64,000 nucleotides of DNA, from the NCBI GenBank assembly GCA_051011135.1, contig JBPCUO010000056.1, forward strand, positions 44,315 to 108,314, given 5' to 3'. The translations under genes were made by a program, and so were the position numbers. The notes beneath the pieces are model-generated. The model did no database searches and was not told where the DNA came from. It saw only the letters and a program-made list of their open reading frames with translations. Below, one piece after another: positions 20,196-30,936 of this stretch (position 1 is the first letter of the stretch; each line of letters starts with the position of its first letter). The stretch comes from Bdellovibrionales bacterium. GTDB lineage: Bacteria > Bdellovibrionota > Bdellovibrionia > Bdellovibrionales > UBA1609.

Positions 20196-21348
20196 TAATG
20201 GCGCTGATTTTAATTTCAGAAGTCGTCACAAGATGTAAATGAACTCCTAAAGACTGAAAGACTGAAAAAAATCTACTCGCCACTCCAGAGTGATGAGACA
20301 TCCCAACTCCTATAATAGAGATTTTACAAACTTTATCTATTAAACTCACATCTTCTGTAGGGATTAATTGTTTTAAAATATCTAAACAATCTTTAAAATC
20401 TGTTTTAGATACAGAAAAAGATAAGCTTGATTGACCAGAAACTTCTGTTTTAGAAATAATATCCACAAAAATAGATTTCTCTCCTAATTGTTTAAAAAGT
20501 TTTGAAAGAAAATCTAGATCTTTATTAGGTATTTTTTTAATTCTAATAATTACAGTATTTAAATCATGAGATACTGCTGATACTACTGAGCCTTCCATAA
20601 AATCCTCCTTATCGACAATCCAAGTTCCTTCTTCCTCTTTAAAAGCATCTCGAACATGAATTTTTATCTTATGTTTAGCTGCCAGCTCTATACAACGGAT
20701 TTGTAAAACTTTTGCTCCTAAAGCAGACATTTCCATCATTTCAGAAAATCCTAATTCTTGAATTTTTCTAGCAGAAGGAATGATTTTAGGATCTCCTGTT
20801 AAAACTCCCGAAACATCTGTATAAATTTCACAGCTATTTTGCTTTAAAACAACAGCCAAAGCAACTGCTGTTAAATCACTGCCTCCACGCCCTAATGTAG
20901 TGATTTCTTTTTCTTTAGTCACGCCTTGAAATCCAGCCACTAAAGGAATAGCCCCTTCTTTTAAAACTTTTTTTATTTTTTTTGTTTCAATAGCCTGTAT
21001 ATTTGCTTTTGAAAAAAAAGAATCTGTATGAATCCCTAATTGATAACCTAACATAGGATAAGTTTTGATACCTCTTTTCTCCAAAGACATACTTAAAAGG
21101 GCAAGGCTAACTTGTTCCCCAGAAGAAATAAGCATATCGTAAGAAAGGCCTCTGTAAGCAGGGTAAATGCTCTCTCCCATCTCTTCTAAACGATTGGTAT
21201 CACCCGACATTGCTGAAATCACAACAATAAATTTTTGACCTTGTTGATAGGATTTTAAAAGTCGATCAGCAATTAATTCTATTTTTTCTAAAGAACCAAC
21301 AGATGTTCCGCCAAATTTTTTAATAACTAAATTTTCAGAAAATTTCAT
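20131..21348 (-). CDS. lysC: Aspartate kinase
   Basis: N-terminal KFGGTSVGS and the kinase core, followed by two C-terminal ACT-like segments. Confidence 0.9.
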   Translation of the reverse strand: MKFSENLVIKKFGGTSVGSLEKIELIADRLLKSYQQGQKFIVVISAMSGDTNRLEEMGESIYPAYRGLSYDMLISSGEQVSLALLSMSLEKRGIKTYPMLGYQLGIHTDSFFSKANIQAIETKKIKKVLKEGAIPLVAGFQGVTKEKEITTLGRGGSDLTAVALAVVLKQNSCEIYTDVSGVLTGDPKIIPSARKIQELGFSEMMEMSALGAKVLQIRCIELAAKHKIKIHVRDAFKEEEGTWIVDKEDFMEGSVVSAVSHDLNTVIIRIKKIPNKDLDFLSKLFKQLGEKSIFVDIISKTEVSGQSSLSFSVSKTDFKDCLDILKQLIPTEDVSLIDKVCKISIIGVGMSHHSGVASRFFSVFQSLGVHLHLVTTSEIKISAIIDQDHLKKVAQALHSEFQLSK

Positions 21349-21401
21349 AATGCTTTTTCATAGTATGAAATCTTATAGAAATAAAGATTTTTTTAAAAAG
21401 A

Positions 21402-22565
21402 TTAGAACAAATCTAAATAGGAACCATATCCTTCTTTTTCTAATTTATTTTTAGGAATAAATCTTAAAGAAGCAGAATTGATACAATAACGAAGATAAGT
21501 TGGAGCAGGACCATCTTTAAAAACATGACCTAAATGAGAATCTCCATACTTAGATCGAACTTCTATACGAGCCATAAGCAAGCTTCTATCTTCTTTTGTT
21601 ACAACGAATTTGGAATCAATTGGCTTTTTAAAAGAAGGCCAACCTGTCCCTGATTTGTATTTATCTACTGAACTAAAAAGAGGCTCCCCTGAAACAATAT
21701 CGACATAAATACCTTCGTCTTTTAAATCCCAATACTCATTTTTAAAAGCTCTTTCTGTTCCATCATTTTGAGTCACTTTATATTGTATTGGCGTGAGTTC
21801 TTTTTTTAACTCTTCTTGAGAAGGTTTTATAAAAGAACTAAAATCTCTTTTTATTTTAGCAATTAAATTTTTCACCGAACTCAATTCCTTTTTTGGTAAA
21901 TTTTTAAAATCTTTAAAAGAAGCCCAATTTTTTTGTAAAAACTGATCTCTACCAGAATTATTCCTATAGTATTTATATTTTAAAGAGCTTACTTTAGTTT
22001 TTTTATAATAATCTTGATGATAATCTTCTGCTTTATAAAATTTTTCAAAAGGGCGAATAACTGTTACTATTTTGGATTTAAAAGGTCCTTGTTTTTGAAG
22101 TTCTTCTTTAGATTTTAATGCCTGCTTTTTTTGATCCTCATTATGATAAAAAATAGCGGAACTATACTGGTGACCTCTATCCACAAACTGACCATCTTTA
22201 TCTGTAGGATTAATAACTCTCCAAAAAATATCTAAAATTTCAGAATAAGAAATTTGATTAGAATCATAAGTGATTTGAACGGATTCTATATAATTGGTTT
22301 CTCCGCTTGAAACCTCCGCATAAGTTGGATCTTTTTTAGAACCTCCAGAGTACCCAGAGACGACTTCAACAATAGCTTTGTATTTTTCAAAATCTGATTC
22401 AACACACCAAAAACAACCTCCAGCAAGAGTTGCGACTTCTAAAGAAGGCTTTGATTTTTTATCAGCTTTGGCCTGCCATAACCCTAGATTAAAAAATAGA
22501 CTGAAAATAATAAATCCTTTTCCTAAACTCATATCTACTATATTACCAATTTTTTTTGAAACCAT
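21402..22565 (-). CDS. msrAB: Bifunctional peptide methionine sulfoxide reductase MsrA/MsrB, exported
   Basis: MsrA motif GGCFWCVE, MsrB motifs GTGWPSF and [11 protein letters not shown], and an N-terminal signal-like segment. An alternative start at M12 (22532) would remove the overlap with the upstream gene. Confidence 0.9.
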   Translation of the reverse strand: MVSKKIGNIVDMSLGKGFIIFSLFFNLGLWQAKADKKSKPSLEVATLAGGCFWCVESDFEKYKAIVEVVSGYSGGSKKDPTYAEVSSGETNYIESVQITYDSNQISYSEILDIFWRVINPTDKDGQFVDRGHQYSSAIFYHNEDQKKQALKSKEELQKQGPFKSKIVTVIRPFEKFYKAEDYHQDYYKKTKVSSLKYKYYRNNSGRDQFLQKNWASFKDFKNLPKKELSSVKNLIAKIKRDFSSFIKPSQEELKKELTPIQYKVTQNDGTERAFKNEYWDLKDEGIYVDIVSGEPLFSSVDKYKSGTGWPSFKKPIDSKFVVTKEDRSLLMARIEVRSKYGDSHLGHVFKDGPAPTYLRYCINSASLRFIPKNKLEKEGYGSYLDLF

Positions 22566-23383
22566 CTATATAATATTTTATAATTTATGCAGAATAAAAA
22601 AGGCATTAAAAACCAAGCATTACTGAGTTGAAAAAAAGACCAATTTTGAAATGAAACATCTAAAAAGGACCAAAAACTGTACAAACTTCCTAGAATTAAA
22701 CCCAGAATAATAGATAAAGTTTCATGTAAGTATTTCTGGAGAATCTTTTTCATCAAATGAGACATGGTTATAAGCCCTAGAACAACCCCTAGAAAAAAAT
22801 AAGACAGAAATAACAAGTTCAAATCCTTAACAACTATCAAAAGAGATTCATAAAGACCTAATAAAATAAGAATATAAGAGCCAGAAATTCCAGGTACAAG
22901 CAAGGTAGAAGCGACTAAAAATCCAGTGGGTAAAAATAAAGCTAAAGAAGCTTGTTTTTGAACAATAGAAAATTCTTGAAACATGTAAAAAATTAAAAAA
23001 TTAATAGAAAAGGAAAGAAATAAAAGGGAGAATGTTTTTAAATTCTTTTTCATTTTTTTAAAAGGACTCCATAGTGAAATAAGAATCAAACTAAAAATAA
23101 TAGAATAAAATTCTAAAGAGTATTTAGCTATAAAAGGAGGAATGATAAAAACAAAAAATCCGATAGCAAAAGCAGAACCCAAAACCAAAGGAAAAATAAA
23201 AAACCAATCTTGTGAATCGAGTAATAAAGCACGATTTTTAAGTCTTTCTTCTTTATTAAAATGAACTAGGTTTAAAAGATATTTTATTTGTTTAAAGCGT
23301 ATCTTTTGAATCTCATCAAGTAGCTTTTCATAAATCCCCAAAACAAAAGCTATTGTACCTCCAGAAATGCCAGGTAACACCAT
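22538..23383 (-). CDS. DUF368-family polytopic membrane protein, a candidate polyprenyl-phosphate transporter
   Basis: Two copies of the family signature ([20 protein letters not shown] and [19 protein letters not shown]) and about 8 TM segments. The true start is probably upstream, at about 23434 (see findings). Confidence 0.8.
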   Translation of the reverse strand: MVLPGISGGTIAFVLGIYEKLLDEIQKIRFKQIKYLLNLVHFNKEERLKNRALLLDSQDWFFIFPLVLGSAFAIGFFVFIIPPFIAKYSLEFYSIIFSLILISLWSPFKKMKKNLKTFSLLFLSFSINFLIFYMFQEFSIVQKQASLALFLPTGFLVASTLLVPGISGSYILILLGLYESLLIVVKDLNLLFLSYFFLGVVLGLITMSHLMKKILQKYLHETLSIILGLILGSLYSFWSFLDVSFQNWSFFQLSNAWFLMPFLFCINYKILYRWFQKKLVI

Positions 23384-23448
23384 AGAAATCCCAATACAAA
23401 AACCTTTAAAAAAAGTAATACCAATCTTTTTAATACAAACCTCTTAAT

Positions 23449-24048
23449 TTATAATATCACTTTTCCTGAAATAATTTGAAGAACTGTTTTAAAATAAACA
23501 TCCTTTTCTATTTTTTTTACTCTTCTTTCCAAATCTATAGCTGTCTCTCCCTCTTCTACACTAATAGTTTCTTGATGTAGAATTCGACCAGCATCATAAT
23601 CTTGATTCACAAGATGAATAGTAACTCCTGTAGTCTTCTTTTTTTGATCAATAACAGCTTGATGTATTCTGGATCCATACCAACCTGTTCCTGAAAATTC
23701 AGGAATTAAAGCGGGATGAGAGTTTATAATTTTATTTTTAAATTGATTTAAAACCATTGGGCCAATTTTTTTTAAAAATCCTGCCAGTAAAATCAACTGA
23801 GGTTGGTAACTTAAAAGAACTTGGGAAAGATTTTTATCCCAAATTTCTTTTTCAAGATCTTTAAACTCTACAAAGTGATAAGGGATTTTAAATTCTTTAG
23901 CAATGGAACTGATAGGGGAATGAGAATTATCTGTAATAAGAGATACTATTTGCCCTGGGAGATCTTGGGATTGAAATTTTTGACATAAAAATTGGGCTGT
24001 AGAACCTGCTCCTGAGCCTAGTATAACAAGAGAAGATTTATGCGGCAT
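23449..24048 (-). CDS. purN: Phosphoribosylglycinamide formyltransferase
   Basis: Motifs GSGAGST, LAGFLKKIGP and INSHPALIPEFSG, with a 199-aa length. Confidence 0.9.
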   Translation of the reverse strand: MPHKSSLVILGSGAGSTAQFLCQKFQSQDLPGQIVSLITDNSHSPISSIAKEFKIPYHFVEFKDLEKEIWDKNLSQVLLSYQPQLILLAGFLKKIGPMVLNQFKNKIINSHPALIPEFSGTGWYGSRIHQAVIDQKKKTTGVTIHLVNQDYDAGRILHQETISVEEGETAIDLERRVKKIEKDVYFKTVLQIISGKVIL

Positions 24049-24053
24049 TTTGA

Positions 24054-24929
24054 TTAAAAAACCAAGTAATCAAAAAACCATTTATCTAAAACAGGAACCG
24101 ATAAATAAACAATGATACTTATATTTATCCAAAGAAAAAATCTTAACCATTTATTATGATAATTGGAATAATGAAAAAACTCATACAAAACCTTTAAAAC
24201 TAAGGGAATTAAAAGAAGGAGATACATAAGACCTACTCTTAAAAAAAGAGGAGAAATAAGAGCTAAGCCCAGATAAGCAATCATATAAAAACCCATTTCA
24301 TAAATAGTTTTTTGAACACCACAAATAACAGGCAAAACAGGAACTCCTCCCTGTTGATATTGTTCTTTATAACGAATGGCTAAACTCCAAAAATGTGGCA
24401 TCTGCCATAAAAACATAAGCAAAAAAAGATAAACACATTCTGTTGAAAAAAGATTTTCATTCCCTAAAGAATAACCAATCACTGGAGGTAAGGCTCCAGG
24501 AAGCGCACCTAAAACAGCTCCATGACTCCACCTTCTTTTCCATAATAAAGTATAAAAACCATTATACAAAGATACTGTCAAAAGAGATAGAAAAGATGCC
24601 AGAGGGCTGACTAAAAATATGACAAAACTTCCAAACAAAATCATAGTAAAAGACAAAACGAAACCTTGAAAAGGAGTAAGACTCTTTCTAGCAATAGGCC
24701 TTCTTTTTGTTCTTTCCATTTTTTGATCTAACTTCCACTCTTGAGATTGGTTTAAAACAAAACTTCCGCTAGATACTAGATAAAGACCCAGGATAAAAAG
24801 GAGATATTTTTCTTTTGAAAAAAGAAAAATATTATCTAAAGATAGAAAATAACCCGCTGTCGCAGTTAGTAACACAAAAACAACAATGCCTAATTTTGTA
24901 AGACGACTATAATCTTTTAATAAAGTCAT
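24054..24929 (-). CDS. ctaB: Protoheme IX farnesyltransferase (heme O synthase)
   Basis: UbiA-family membrane protein with NQSQEWKLDQKMERTKRRP. The start is placed at MTLLKDYSRL (M33 of the track ORF), which forms an ATGA overlap with the subunit IV stop. Confidence 0.85.
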   Translation of the reverse strand: MTLLKDYSRLTKLGIVVFVLLTATAGYFLSLDNIFLFSKEKYLLFILGLYLVSSGSFVLNQSQEWKLDQKMERTKRRPIARKSLTPFQGFVLSFTMILFGSFVIFLVSPLASFLSLLTVSLYNGFYTLLWKRRWSHGAVLGALPGALPPVIGYSLGNENLFSTECVYLFLLMFLWQMPHFWSLAIRYKEQYQQGGVPVLPVICGVQKTIYEMGFYMIAYLGLALISPLFLRVGLMYLLLLIPLVLKVLYEFFHYSNYHNKWLRFFLWINISIIVYLSVPVLDKWFFDYLVF

Positions 24930-25225
24930 AAAGTACTTTTCTCTAGAACACGAGTGACCATATCTACTTCTGTAAGAAAATAAAAAAGAATAACAAAAAA
25001 TACAGAACTTCCAAAAATAACCCAATAAACTTTATCATCATATTTTAAATGCATAAAATATAACAAAACTAAAGCTCCTTTAATGGTTGCAATAAGCATA
25101 GCTATAAGAGCATTGAATATTCCAAAATCTATTAAAGAAACTCCTACAGTTAAAGCTGTAAGCCCCAGAAGAATCATTAAAATTCTTAGGTAATCTTTCA
25201 TGTTCATCTCGGGGTTTTTTGACAT
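24926..25225 (-). CDS. Cytochrome c oxidase subunit IV (prokaryotic COX4 family)
   Basis: 99 aa with three TM helices and the LVLLYFMHLKYD motif, positioned between subunit III and ctaB. Confidence 0.8.
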   Translation of the reverse strand: MSKNPEMNMKDYLRILMILLGLTALTVGVSLIDFGIFNALIAMLIATIKGALVLLYFMHLKYDDKVYWVIFGSSVFFVILFYFLTEVDMVTRVLEKSTL

Positions 25226-25229
25226 ATTT

Positions 25230-25880
25230 TTACTCCACTAAATATAGTAAGGGAAATAAGTAAATCCAAATTAAATCTACTAAATGCCAAAACAAACCAA
25301 CATATTCTAAAGGCATATAGTGTTTTGGCCCTATCTCGTTAATAAAAGTTTTATATAACATAGCTATCATTAAAAAGACGCCAATAATAACATGGCTGGC
25401 ATGTAATCCTGTCATTAAATAATAAAAAGAAAAATAAAGAGGTAAGCCCTCTACAAATCCTTCTCCTGTATAAGTAAAAAATTTACCTGGTAAAATTCCC
25501 ATCTCTATCTTATGAGAATATTCTATATACTTAATAAACATAAAAAGAAGTCCGCAAAAAATAGTTACCAAAAGCATCCCTTGACACTTTCTCATTTGAT
25601 CTTTTTGAGCATAGTAAATACTCGCTGCCATTGTGAAAGAACTAAAAAGAAGAACAACAGTATTGATAGAGCCTTTCTTCCAATCTAAAAATTGAGAAGC
25701 CGCTTGAAATACATCTGCATATTCTGTTTTATAAATTAAATACCCTACAAACAACCCACCAAACATAAGAATTTCAGTTGCTAAAAACAACCAAACACCT
25801 AGTTTTCCGGCAGAGGCTTGTTGCTCATAATTTTTAAAATGATGAGCTAAGGGTTGATAATTCTTTCTTTTTTTACTCAT
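25230..25880 (-). CDS. ctaE: Cytochrome c oxidase subunit III
   Basis: Heme-copper oxidase subunit III pattern ([31 protein letters not shown]). Confidence 0.9.
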   Translation of the reverse strand: MSKKRKNYQPLAHHFKNYEQQASAGKLGVWLFLATEILMFGGLFVGYLIYKTEYADVFQAASQFLDWKKGSINTVVLLFSSFTMAASIYYAQKDQMRKCQGMLLVTIFCGLLFMFIKYIEYSHKIEMGILPGKFFTYTGEGFVEGLPLYFSFYYLMTGLHASHVIIGVFLMIAMLYKTFINEIGPKHYMPLEYVGLFWHLVDLIWIYLFPLLYLVE

Positions 25881-27444
25881 AAGCTTCTTTTGTTACAACA
25901 GGAGTTTTTAAAAAGTTTTCATGCGGAGGAGGAGATGATGTTTTCCATTCTAAAGTTTTTGCTCCCCATGGGTTATCTCCAGCCAGAGGGCCTTTAAAAA
26001 TACCTCTTACAATTGTTATTAAAGCCAGAATAAAACCTACACTTATTAACCAAGAACCAACTGTAGAAACTTGATTCAAAGTTTCATAAGGAGCTATATA
26101 ATCAGAATAACGACGAGGCATTCCTGAAGCTCCTAGAATAAATTGCGGGAAAAAAGTTATATTGAAACCCAGAAAAATAAAAGCAAAACTTATAGAGCCT
26201 AAAAGCTCGCTATACATACGACCAAACATTTTTGGAAACCAATAATAAAATCCCCCCATGATTCCCATAATACTTCCACCGACCATCACATAATGAAAAT
26301 GAGCGACTACAAAGTAAGTATCATGAAAATGAACATCTAAAGCAATCGTCGCTAACATAATTCCTGTTACTCCACCTATTAAAAATAAAAATAAAAACCC
26401 CATCGCATAAAGCATTGGTGTCGTAAATTTTATAGAACCTTTATACATGGTACTGACCCAATTAAATATCTTAACTGCTGTAGGAACACCTACAAGCATC
26501 GTTAATCCTGAAAAAATAATATTTGCCCATTCTGACTGACCACTGACAAACATATGATGTCCCCAAACAAATAAACTCACTGCTGCAATACCTAAACTTG
26601 CAAACACAATAGCTTTATATCCAAAAATTTTCTGTCTTGAAAACGCCGCTATCAATTCACTAATCACACCCATCGCTGGTAAAATCATAATATAAACTGC
26701 TGGGTGGGAATAAAACCAAAAGAAATGTTGAAATAAAATAGGATCTCCTCCCATTTGTGGATCAAAAATTCCAATACCTAACACTCTTTCAGCAATTAAT
26801 AATAATAAAGTAATCGCTAAAATTGGAGTTGCTAAAATTTGAATAATGGCCGTTGAATAAAGAGACCAAACAAAAAGCGGCATACGAAAAAAAGTCATCC
26901 CTGGAGCTCTTAATTTATGAATAGTCACAATGAAATTTAATCCTGTTAAAATAGAAGAAAATCCCATAATGAAAGCTCCTAAAACAACAGGAACCACAGC
27001 TGTATTGCTCTCAATGCTATAAGGAGTATAAAAAGTCCATCCTGTATCTACCCCTCCTAAAAAAAGAGATAGTAAAGCCACACCAGCTCCTATAATTAAA
27101 CAGTACCAACTCAAAAGATTCAGTTTTGGAAAAGCAACATCTTTAGCCCCTATTTGAAGAGGAAGAATAAAATTTCCTAAAAAAGCTGGTATCCCTGGAA
27201 TGATCACCATAAAAATCATAACAGCTCCATGGTAAGTCATAATATGGTTGTATAAATTGGAATTCATAATAGTTTCGCCAACACTAAAAAGTTCCAATCT
27301 CATTAAAAGAGCAAAAATTCCACCTACTAGAAAAAAAGAAAAAACTGTCACCATATATAAAATTCCAATTCTTTTATGATCTAAGGTAAATAACCAAGAT
27401 AAAATTCCTTTTTTCCAATTTAAATAATTTTTTGCTTTAGCCAT
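25873..27444 (-). CDS. ctaD: Cytochrome c oxidase subunit I
   Basis: Canonical motifs [14 protein letters not shown] and HFHYVM, with 12 TM helices. Confidence 0.97.
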   Translation of the reverse strand: MAKAKNYLNWKKGILSWLFTLDHKRIGILYMVTVFSFFLVGGIFALLMRLELFSVGETIMNSNLYNHIMTYHGAVMIFMVIIPGIPAFLGNFILPLQIGAKDVAFPKLNLLSWYCLIIGAGVALLSLFLGGVDTGWTFYTPYSIESNTAVVPVVLGAFIMGFSSILTGLNFIVTIHKLRAPGMTFFRMPLFVWSLYSTAIIQILATPILAITLLLLIAERVLGIGIFDPQMGGDPILFQHFFWFYSHPAVYIMILPAMGVISELIAAFSRQKIFGYKAIVFASLGIAAVSLFVWGHHMFVSGQSEWANIIFSGLTMLVGVPTAVKIFNWVSTMYKGSIKFTTPMLYAMGFLFLFLIGGVTGIMLATIALDVHFHDTYFVVAHFHYVMVGGSIMGIMGGFYYWFPKMFGRMYSELLGSISFAFIFLGFNITFFPQFILGASGMPRRYSDYIAPYETLNQVSTVGSWLISVGFILALITIVRGIFKGPLAGDNPWGAKTLEWKTSSPPPHENFLKTPVVTKEAYE

Positions 27445-27466
27445 GCGTCCTCTCTTTCTTTGATTA

Positions 27467-28411
27467 CTACTTCAAACCTTTAATATATTCAATTAAACCT
27501 GACAACTCTTCTTCTGATAAAATTCCTGCAAAAGGAGTCATTTGATTCAGATAACCTGATACAATTTTAGCTCCTGGATTTAAAATAGATTCTCTTAGAT
27601 AGTTAGCGTCTGCTTTAACGCTTTTGCCATTATTTAAGTTTCTTTGAGAATTAAAAAGCCCTGCTAAGCCTGGGCCAATGAATTTTTCTTTTGTAATTTT
27701 ATGGCAAGCTGTACAACGACCTTTAAAAGTTTTTTCTCCTATTTGAGATAAAGTTAAACCTTTATTAGGGTCATCTCTAAGCCAATTCTCCCATGCTTCT
27801 ACCTCCATAACATGAGTTTTAGCAATCATAGTAGAATGACCTGAACCACAAAATTCTGTGCAAAATACATAAAACTGACCCTCGCGATTCGCTTTAAACC
27901 ATAACGAAGTATACATTCCTGGAACGACATCTTGTTTGATTTTAAAAGAGGGAATAGAAAAACTATGAATAACATCTCTTGAAGTCATAATAAGCTTTAC
28001 AGGGCGACCTACAGGAACTTTTAATTCATTAACAGTTTTTCGACCATTTTTATAAACAAAACTCCAACTCCATTTTTGTCCATAAACATGAATTTCTAAA
28101 CTGTCTGAAGGCGCATGTTTTAAATCACTATAAAGGATCCATCCCCAAACAAAGCAAACACCAAAAATGATAAGAGGAATAAAACTCCAAGAAAATTCCA
28201 AAATAGAATTATGAAATGTTTTTGCATGACCTTGCTCTGAATCAGATTTTCTACGATAGCGAATGCCAAAATAAACAAAAGCAATAACAATAAATAAACA
28301 AGCAATCAGGCTGGTAAACATTAAAAAATGATTTAATTGGTCTAATCGCTCTACATAATCTGTAACAGCAACACCAAAGCTCATTTTCGAAAAGAAAAAT
28401 AATTTCAACAT
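27467..28411 (-). CDS. ctaC: Cytochrome c oxidase subunit II with a fused C-terminal cytochrome c domain (caa3 type)
   Basis: CuA site [12 protein letters not shown] and heme-c motif CTACHK in the C-terminal ~90 aa. Confidence 0.92.
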   Translation of the reverse strand: MLKLFFFSKMSFGVAVTDYVERLDQLNHFLMFTSLIACLFIVIAFVYFGIRYRRKSDSEQGHAKTFHNSILEFSWSFIPLIIFGVCFVWGWILYSDLKHAPSDSLEIHVYGQKWSWSFVYKNGRKTVNELKVPVGRPVKLIMTSRDVIHSFSIPSFKIKQDVVPGMYTSLWFKANREGQFYVFCTEFCGSGHSTMIAKTHVMEVEAWENWLRDDPNKGLTLSQIGEKTFKGRCTACHKITKEKFIGPGLAGLFNSQRNLNNGKSVKADANYLRESILNPGAKIVSGYLNQMTPFAGILSEEELSGLIEYIKGLK

Positions 28412-29220
28412 TATGACCTACTCTTTTTTTCTTTTAACCAAACTGGAATTAAAAAAAATATTAATAACATTATTGTTAAAAGTCCACTGAGTCTCATTAT
28501 ATTATAAGCATAAATAGTGTATCGACTCTCAGCAGGATTAAATCGATAACAAAAAAGCAATATTCTATCAACAATATTTCCTATTTTTCTTTGTCCAGCA
28601 TCAATAAGAGACATTCGAATAGTTTTTGGTTCAAATTCAACTCCATAAAGATATTTAGAAATAATACCATTTGGACTTAAAACATAAGCCACAGGAGAGT
28701 GAGCGAATTGCTCTGTTTCCTCATCCCAACGAAAAGCAAAACCCACTTCTTTGGATAATTTTTGAATAGAGGCTTCAGAGCCTGTTAAAAAATGAATCCC
28801 TTGAGGAGAAACTTTAAATTTTTTTAAATAATTGTTTTTCTTTTCTAAAGCTAGTGGATGCTTTTCAGAGGCGTCCATGCTGACAACTACAAACTCATAA
28901 TCTTGACCCGATTTCAGTGAGATTTTCTCCAATGCTGTAAAAAGACCATTGAGATGAAAGTTACATAAACTGGGACAGTTATAATAAATGATAGTCATTA
29001 AAACTGGAGTTTGATTAAAGTATTTTTTTAAAGTTATAGATTTTGACTTTTCATTAGAAAAAACGAGATTTAAATCAAGCTTATCTCCTTGGTGTTCTGT
29101 GATTTCTAAATTTTTTAAATCTTTTGGAACTTGATGAGCCAGATACTTATCTGATCTTTTGTAAGCAGAAGAATAGAAACAAAAAAAGCAGAAAAAAAGA
29201 TTAAAGAGCTTTCTGACCAA
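28411..29220 (-). CDS. SCO1/SenC-family copper chaperone with a C-terminal membrane segment
   Basis: Thioredoxin-like CPSLC (CxxxC) motif, a downstream His (FAHSP) and a C-terminal TM helix. Located between the cytochrome c and ctaC genes. Confidence 0.8.
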   Translation of the reverse strand: MVRKLFNLFFCFFCFYSSAYKRSDKYLAHQVPKDLKNLEITEHQGDKLDLNLVFSNEKSKSITLKKYFNQTPVLMTIIYYNCPSLCNFHLNGLFTALEKISLKSGQDYEFVVVSMDASEKHPLALEKKNNYLKKFKVSPQGIHFLTGSEASIQKLSKEVGFAFRWDEETEQFAHSPVAYVLSPNGIISKYLYGVEFEPKTIRMSLIDAGQRKIGNIVDRILLFCYRFNPAESRYTIYAYNIMRLSGLLTIMLLIFFLIPVWLKEKKSRS

Positions 29221-29725
29221 AGCTTTCCAATTCTGTTAAATTATCAGGAACTTTATTTTTTGTTATAGAGCGAACATAATGAACCAAAGCCCATCGATCT
29301 ACTTTTGGTAAATGCTTAAAAGAAACCATCGAGCCACCTGGGATTCCTTTTTGTAAGGTTATAAACAATGCTTTAGAAGAGCCTCCTCTTTTCCAACGAC
29401 CTTCTACAAGATTTCTAGGAGGGGGAATTAACCCTGGAGTTCCATTGCCTAAGCCTTTATCTCCATGGCATAAAGCACACTGAGCTTTATAGATTTTAGA
29501 TCCATAATTCACCAAGCTTTCTGCTTGAACCCAAGGCTTTTCTTGTTCTTGTTCCGTCAACGCTTCAATGGCTGGATTTGCTGCTTGAGAAGATGTAGAA
29601 ATTTCTGATAATTCCACAGTATTATTAATCAAAAGATAATACATAGCCCAAATGGAACTAAACGCCATAGTTCCAAGGAAAAAATAAAAACCAATTTTGT
29701 TATAAGAGTTGTCTTTTGATTTCAT
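29201..29725 (-). CDS. Membrane-anchored class I c-type cytochrome
   Basis: An N-terminal TM helix followed by a single CALCHG heme-binding motif and a distal Met region. First gene of the oxidase cluster. Confidence 0.8.
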   Translation of the reverse strand: MKSKDNSYNKIGFYFFLGTMAFSSIWAMYYLLINNTVELSEISTSSQAANPAIEALTEQEQEKPWVQAESLVNYGSKIYKAQCALCHGDKGLGNGTPGLIPPPRNLVEGRWKRGGSSKALFITLQKGIPGGSMVSFKHLPKVDRWALVHYVRSITKNKVPDNLTELESFGQKAL

Positions 29726-29841
29726 TCAGAACATCAATAACTCCTAGGTGCTTTCAGGTCAAGCTTTTGATATTAAGACTTTTGTCGTAAAACGAAAAAC
29801 TTTTACATCCTAGTAAAACTTAAACATATACAATAAATTTA

Positions 29842-30186
29842 ATGCTTCTAAAAAGGTTTTTCTGGGTGGTATTTTTGTTAGGCTGCACTCATTTGGATGA
29901 AAAAATCAATCGCCTTCCTTATTACACATCTAAATCAAAAGTTATCGATCAATTAGGAAGCCCCTTTAAAATTAAAAGAATCAGAGGTTTAGATCATTGG
30001 ATTTATAAATTCAAAAGAAAAGGAAAAGAGTATACAAAAACAGTTATTTTTAAAGAAGGGCATTTTTTAAAAAGTGGGAAAAATACTCCTTATCCTGATC
30101 GCTTTTTATTATTAGAAGAATCTGAAAATTTAGAAGAATATAAAGAAGCGATTGATTTTATAAAGAAAAATCAAAAATCTCATTAA
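29842..30186 (+). CDS. Small lipoprotein, possibly BamE/SmpA-OmlA-like
   Basis: Lipobox LLGC. The pattern KVIDQLGSP...HWIYKF...VIFKEGHF resembles BamE, but this rests on a weak motif-level resemblance only. Confidence 0.45.
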   Translation: MLLKRFFWVVFLLGCTHLDEKINRLPYYTSKSKVIDQLGSPFKIKRIRGLDHWIYKFKRKGKEYTKTVIFKEGHFLKSGKNTPYPDRFLLLEESENLEEYKEAIDFIKKNQKSH

Positions 30187-30935
30187 GTTTTATCTACAAT
30201 TAATTTTTGTTCCCAGAAAATTTTAACTGGTAGTCCCATAAGAGATTTTACAATAACGAAGACTTTAACAGGGGATATTTCATCTAGTTTTAAAACTCCA
30301 TTTTTTATTTTTAAATCATTTTTTTCAGAATCTAATTGAAGCAAATCGTCCGATAAAATACTGCTTACTTTTGCGCGAATATCTTCTGAATCAATTTCAC
30401 TTAATGTAAGATTGTAATAAAAAACTCCCTCTTCTCCCAGGCCTGATTCATTTCCATAATTTGTAACTTCAGAAAAATCTTCCAAAGATTCTGCTGCCTC
30501 TCCTGAGGGAGGATCTAAATTCAAGCGAGCCTCTTCCTTTAGTGGAGGATCTAAACTTGGCTCTTCCTGCCGCGCTTGTTCCAAATTTTCATCTTCTGAA
30601 GTTTCTAAAGATTCCATCTCAGGCTCTTCTTGAGGAGCTTCAGCTTCTTCTTCCTGAAAAACAGCTTCTTCTTGAGGAGCCTCAACTTCTTCTTGCGGAG
30701 CCTCAGGCTCTTCCACTTGTTGTTCAACTGATAATTCAGGGACTTCTGTAAGTTCAAGCTTGTCTTCTTCTTCCTCTAGATTCTTATTTTTTTTTAAAGA
30801 ATTTTCTACTAGAACCTTGCATGCTCCCTTTTGAAAAAAAAGACTGGAATGACAATTTTGACAATCATAATAAAAATCTTTTTCCAGATTTTCAGAAGAG
30901 ATTTCTAAATTTTCATTACAAACGGGACATTGCAT
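30183..30935 (-). CDS. Zinc-ribbon protein with an acidic EAPQEE-repeat linker and an uncharacterised C-terminal domain
   Basis: N-terminal CPVC-x20-CQNC(H) four-Cys ribbon, a Glu/Pro-rich repeat region and a ~90-aa C-terminal domain. The start lies 1 nt after the secA stop. Confidence 0.65.
   Translation of the reverse strand: MQCPVCNENLEISSENLEKDFYYDCQNCHSSLFFQKGACKVLVENSLKKNKNLEEEEDKLELTEVPELSVEQQVEEPEAPQEEVEAPQEEAVFQEEEAEAPQEEPEMESLETSEDENLEQARQEEPSLDPPLKEEARLNLDPPSGEAAESLEDFSEVTNYGNESGLGEEGVFYYNLTLSEIDSEDIRAKVSSILSDDLLQLDSEKNDLKIKNGVLKLDEISPVKVFVIVKSLMGLPVKIFWEQKLIVDKT
30621..30710 (-). repeat. Intragenic imperfect tandem repeat encoding (E)EAPQEE units
   Basis: The plus-strand motif ttcttcttg[a/c]ggagc[c/t]tca occurs three times. 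The protein shows EAPQEE at residues 78-83, 85-90 and 99-104. Confidence 0.6.
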
Positions 30936-30936
30936 A

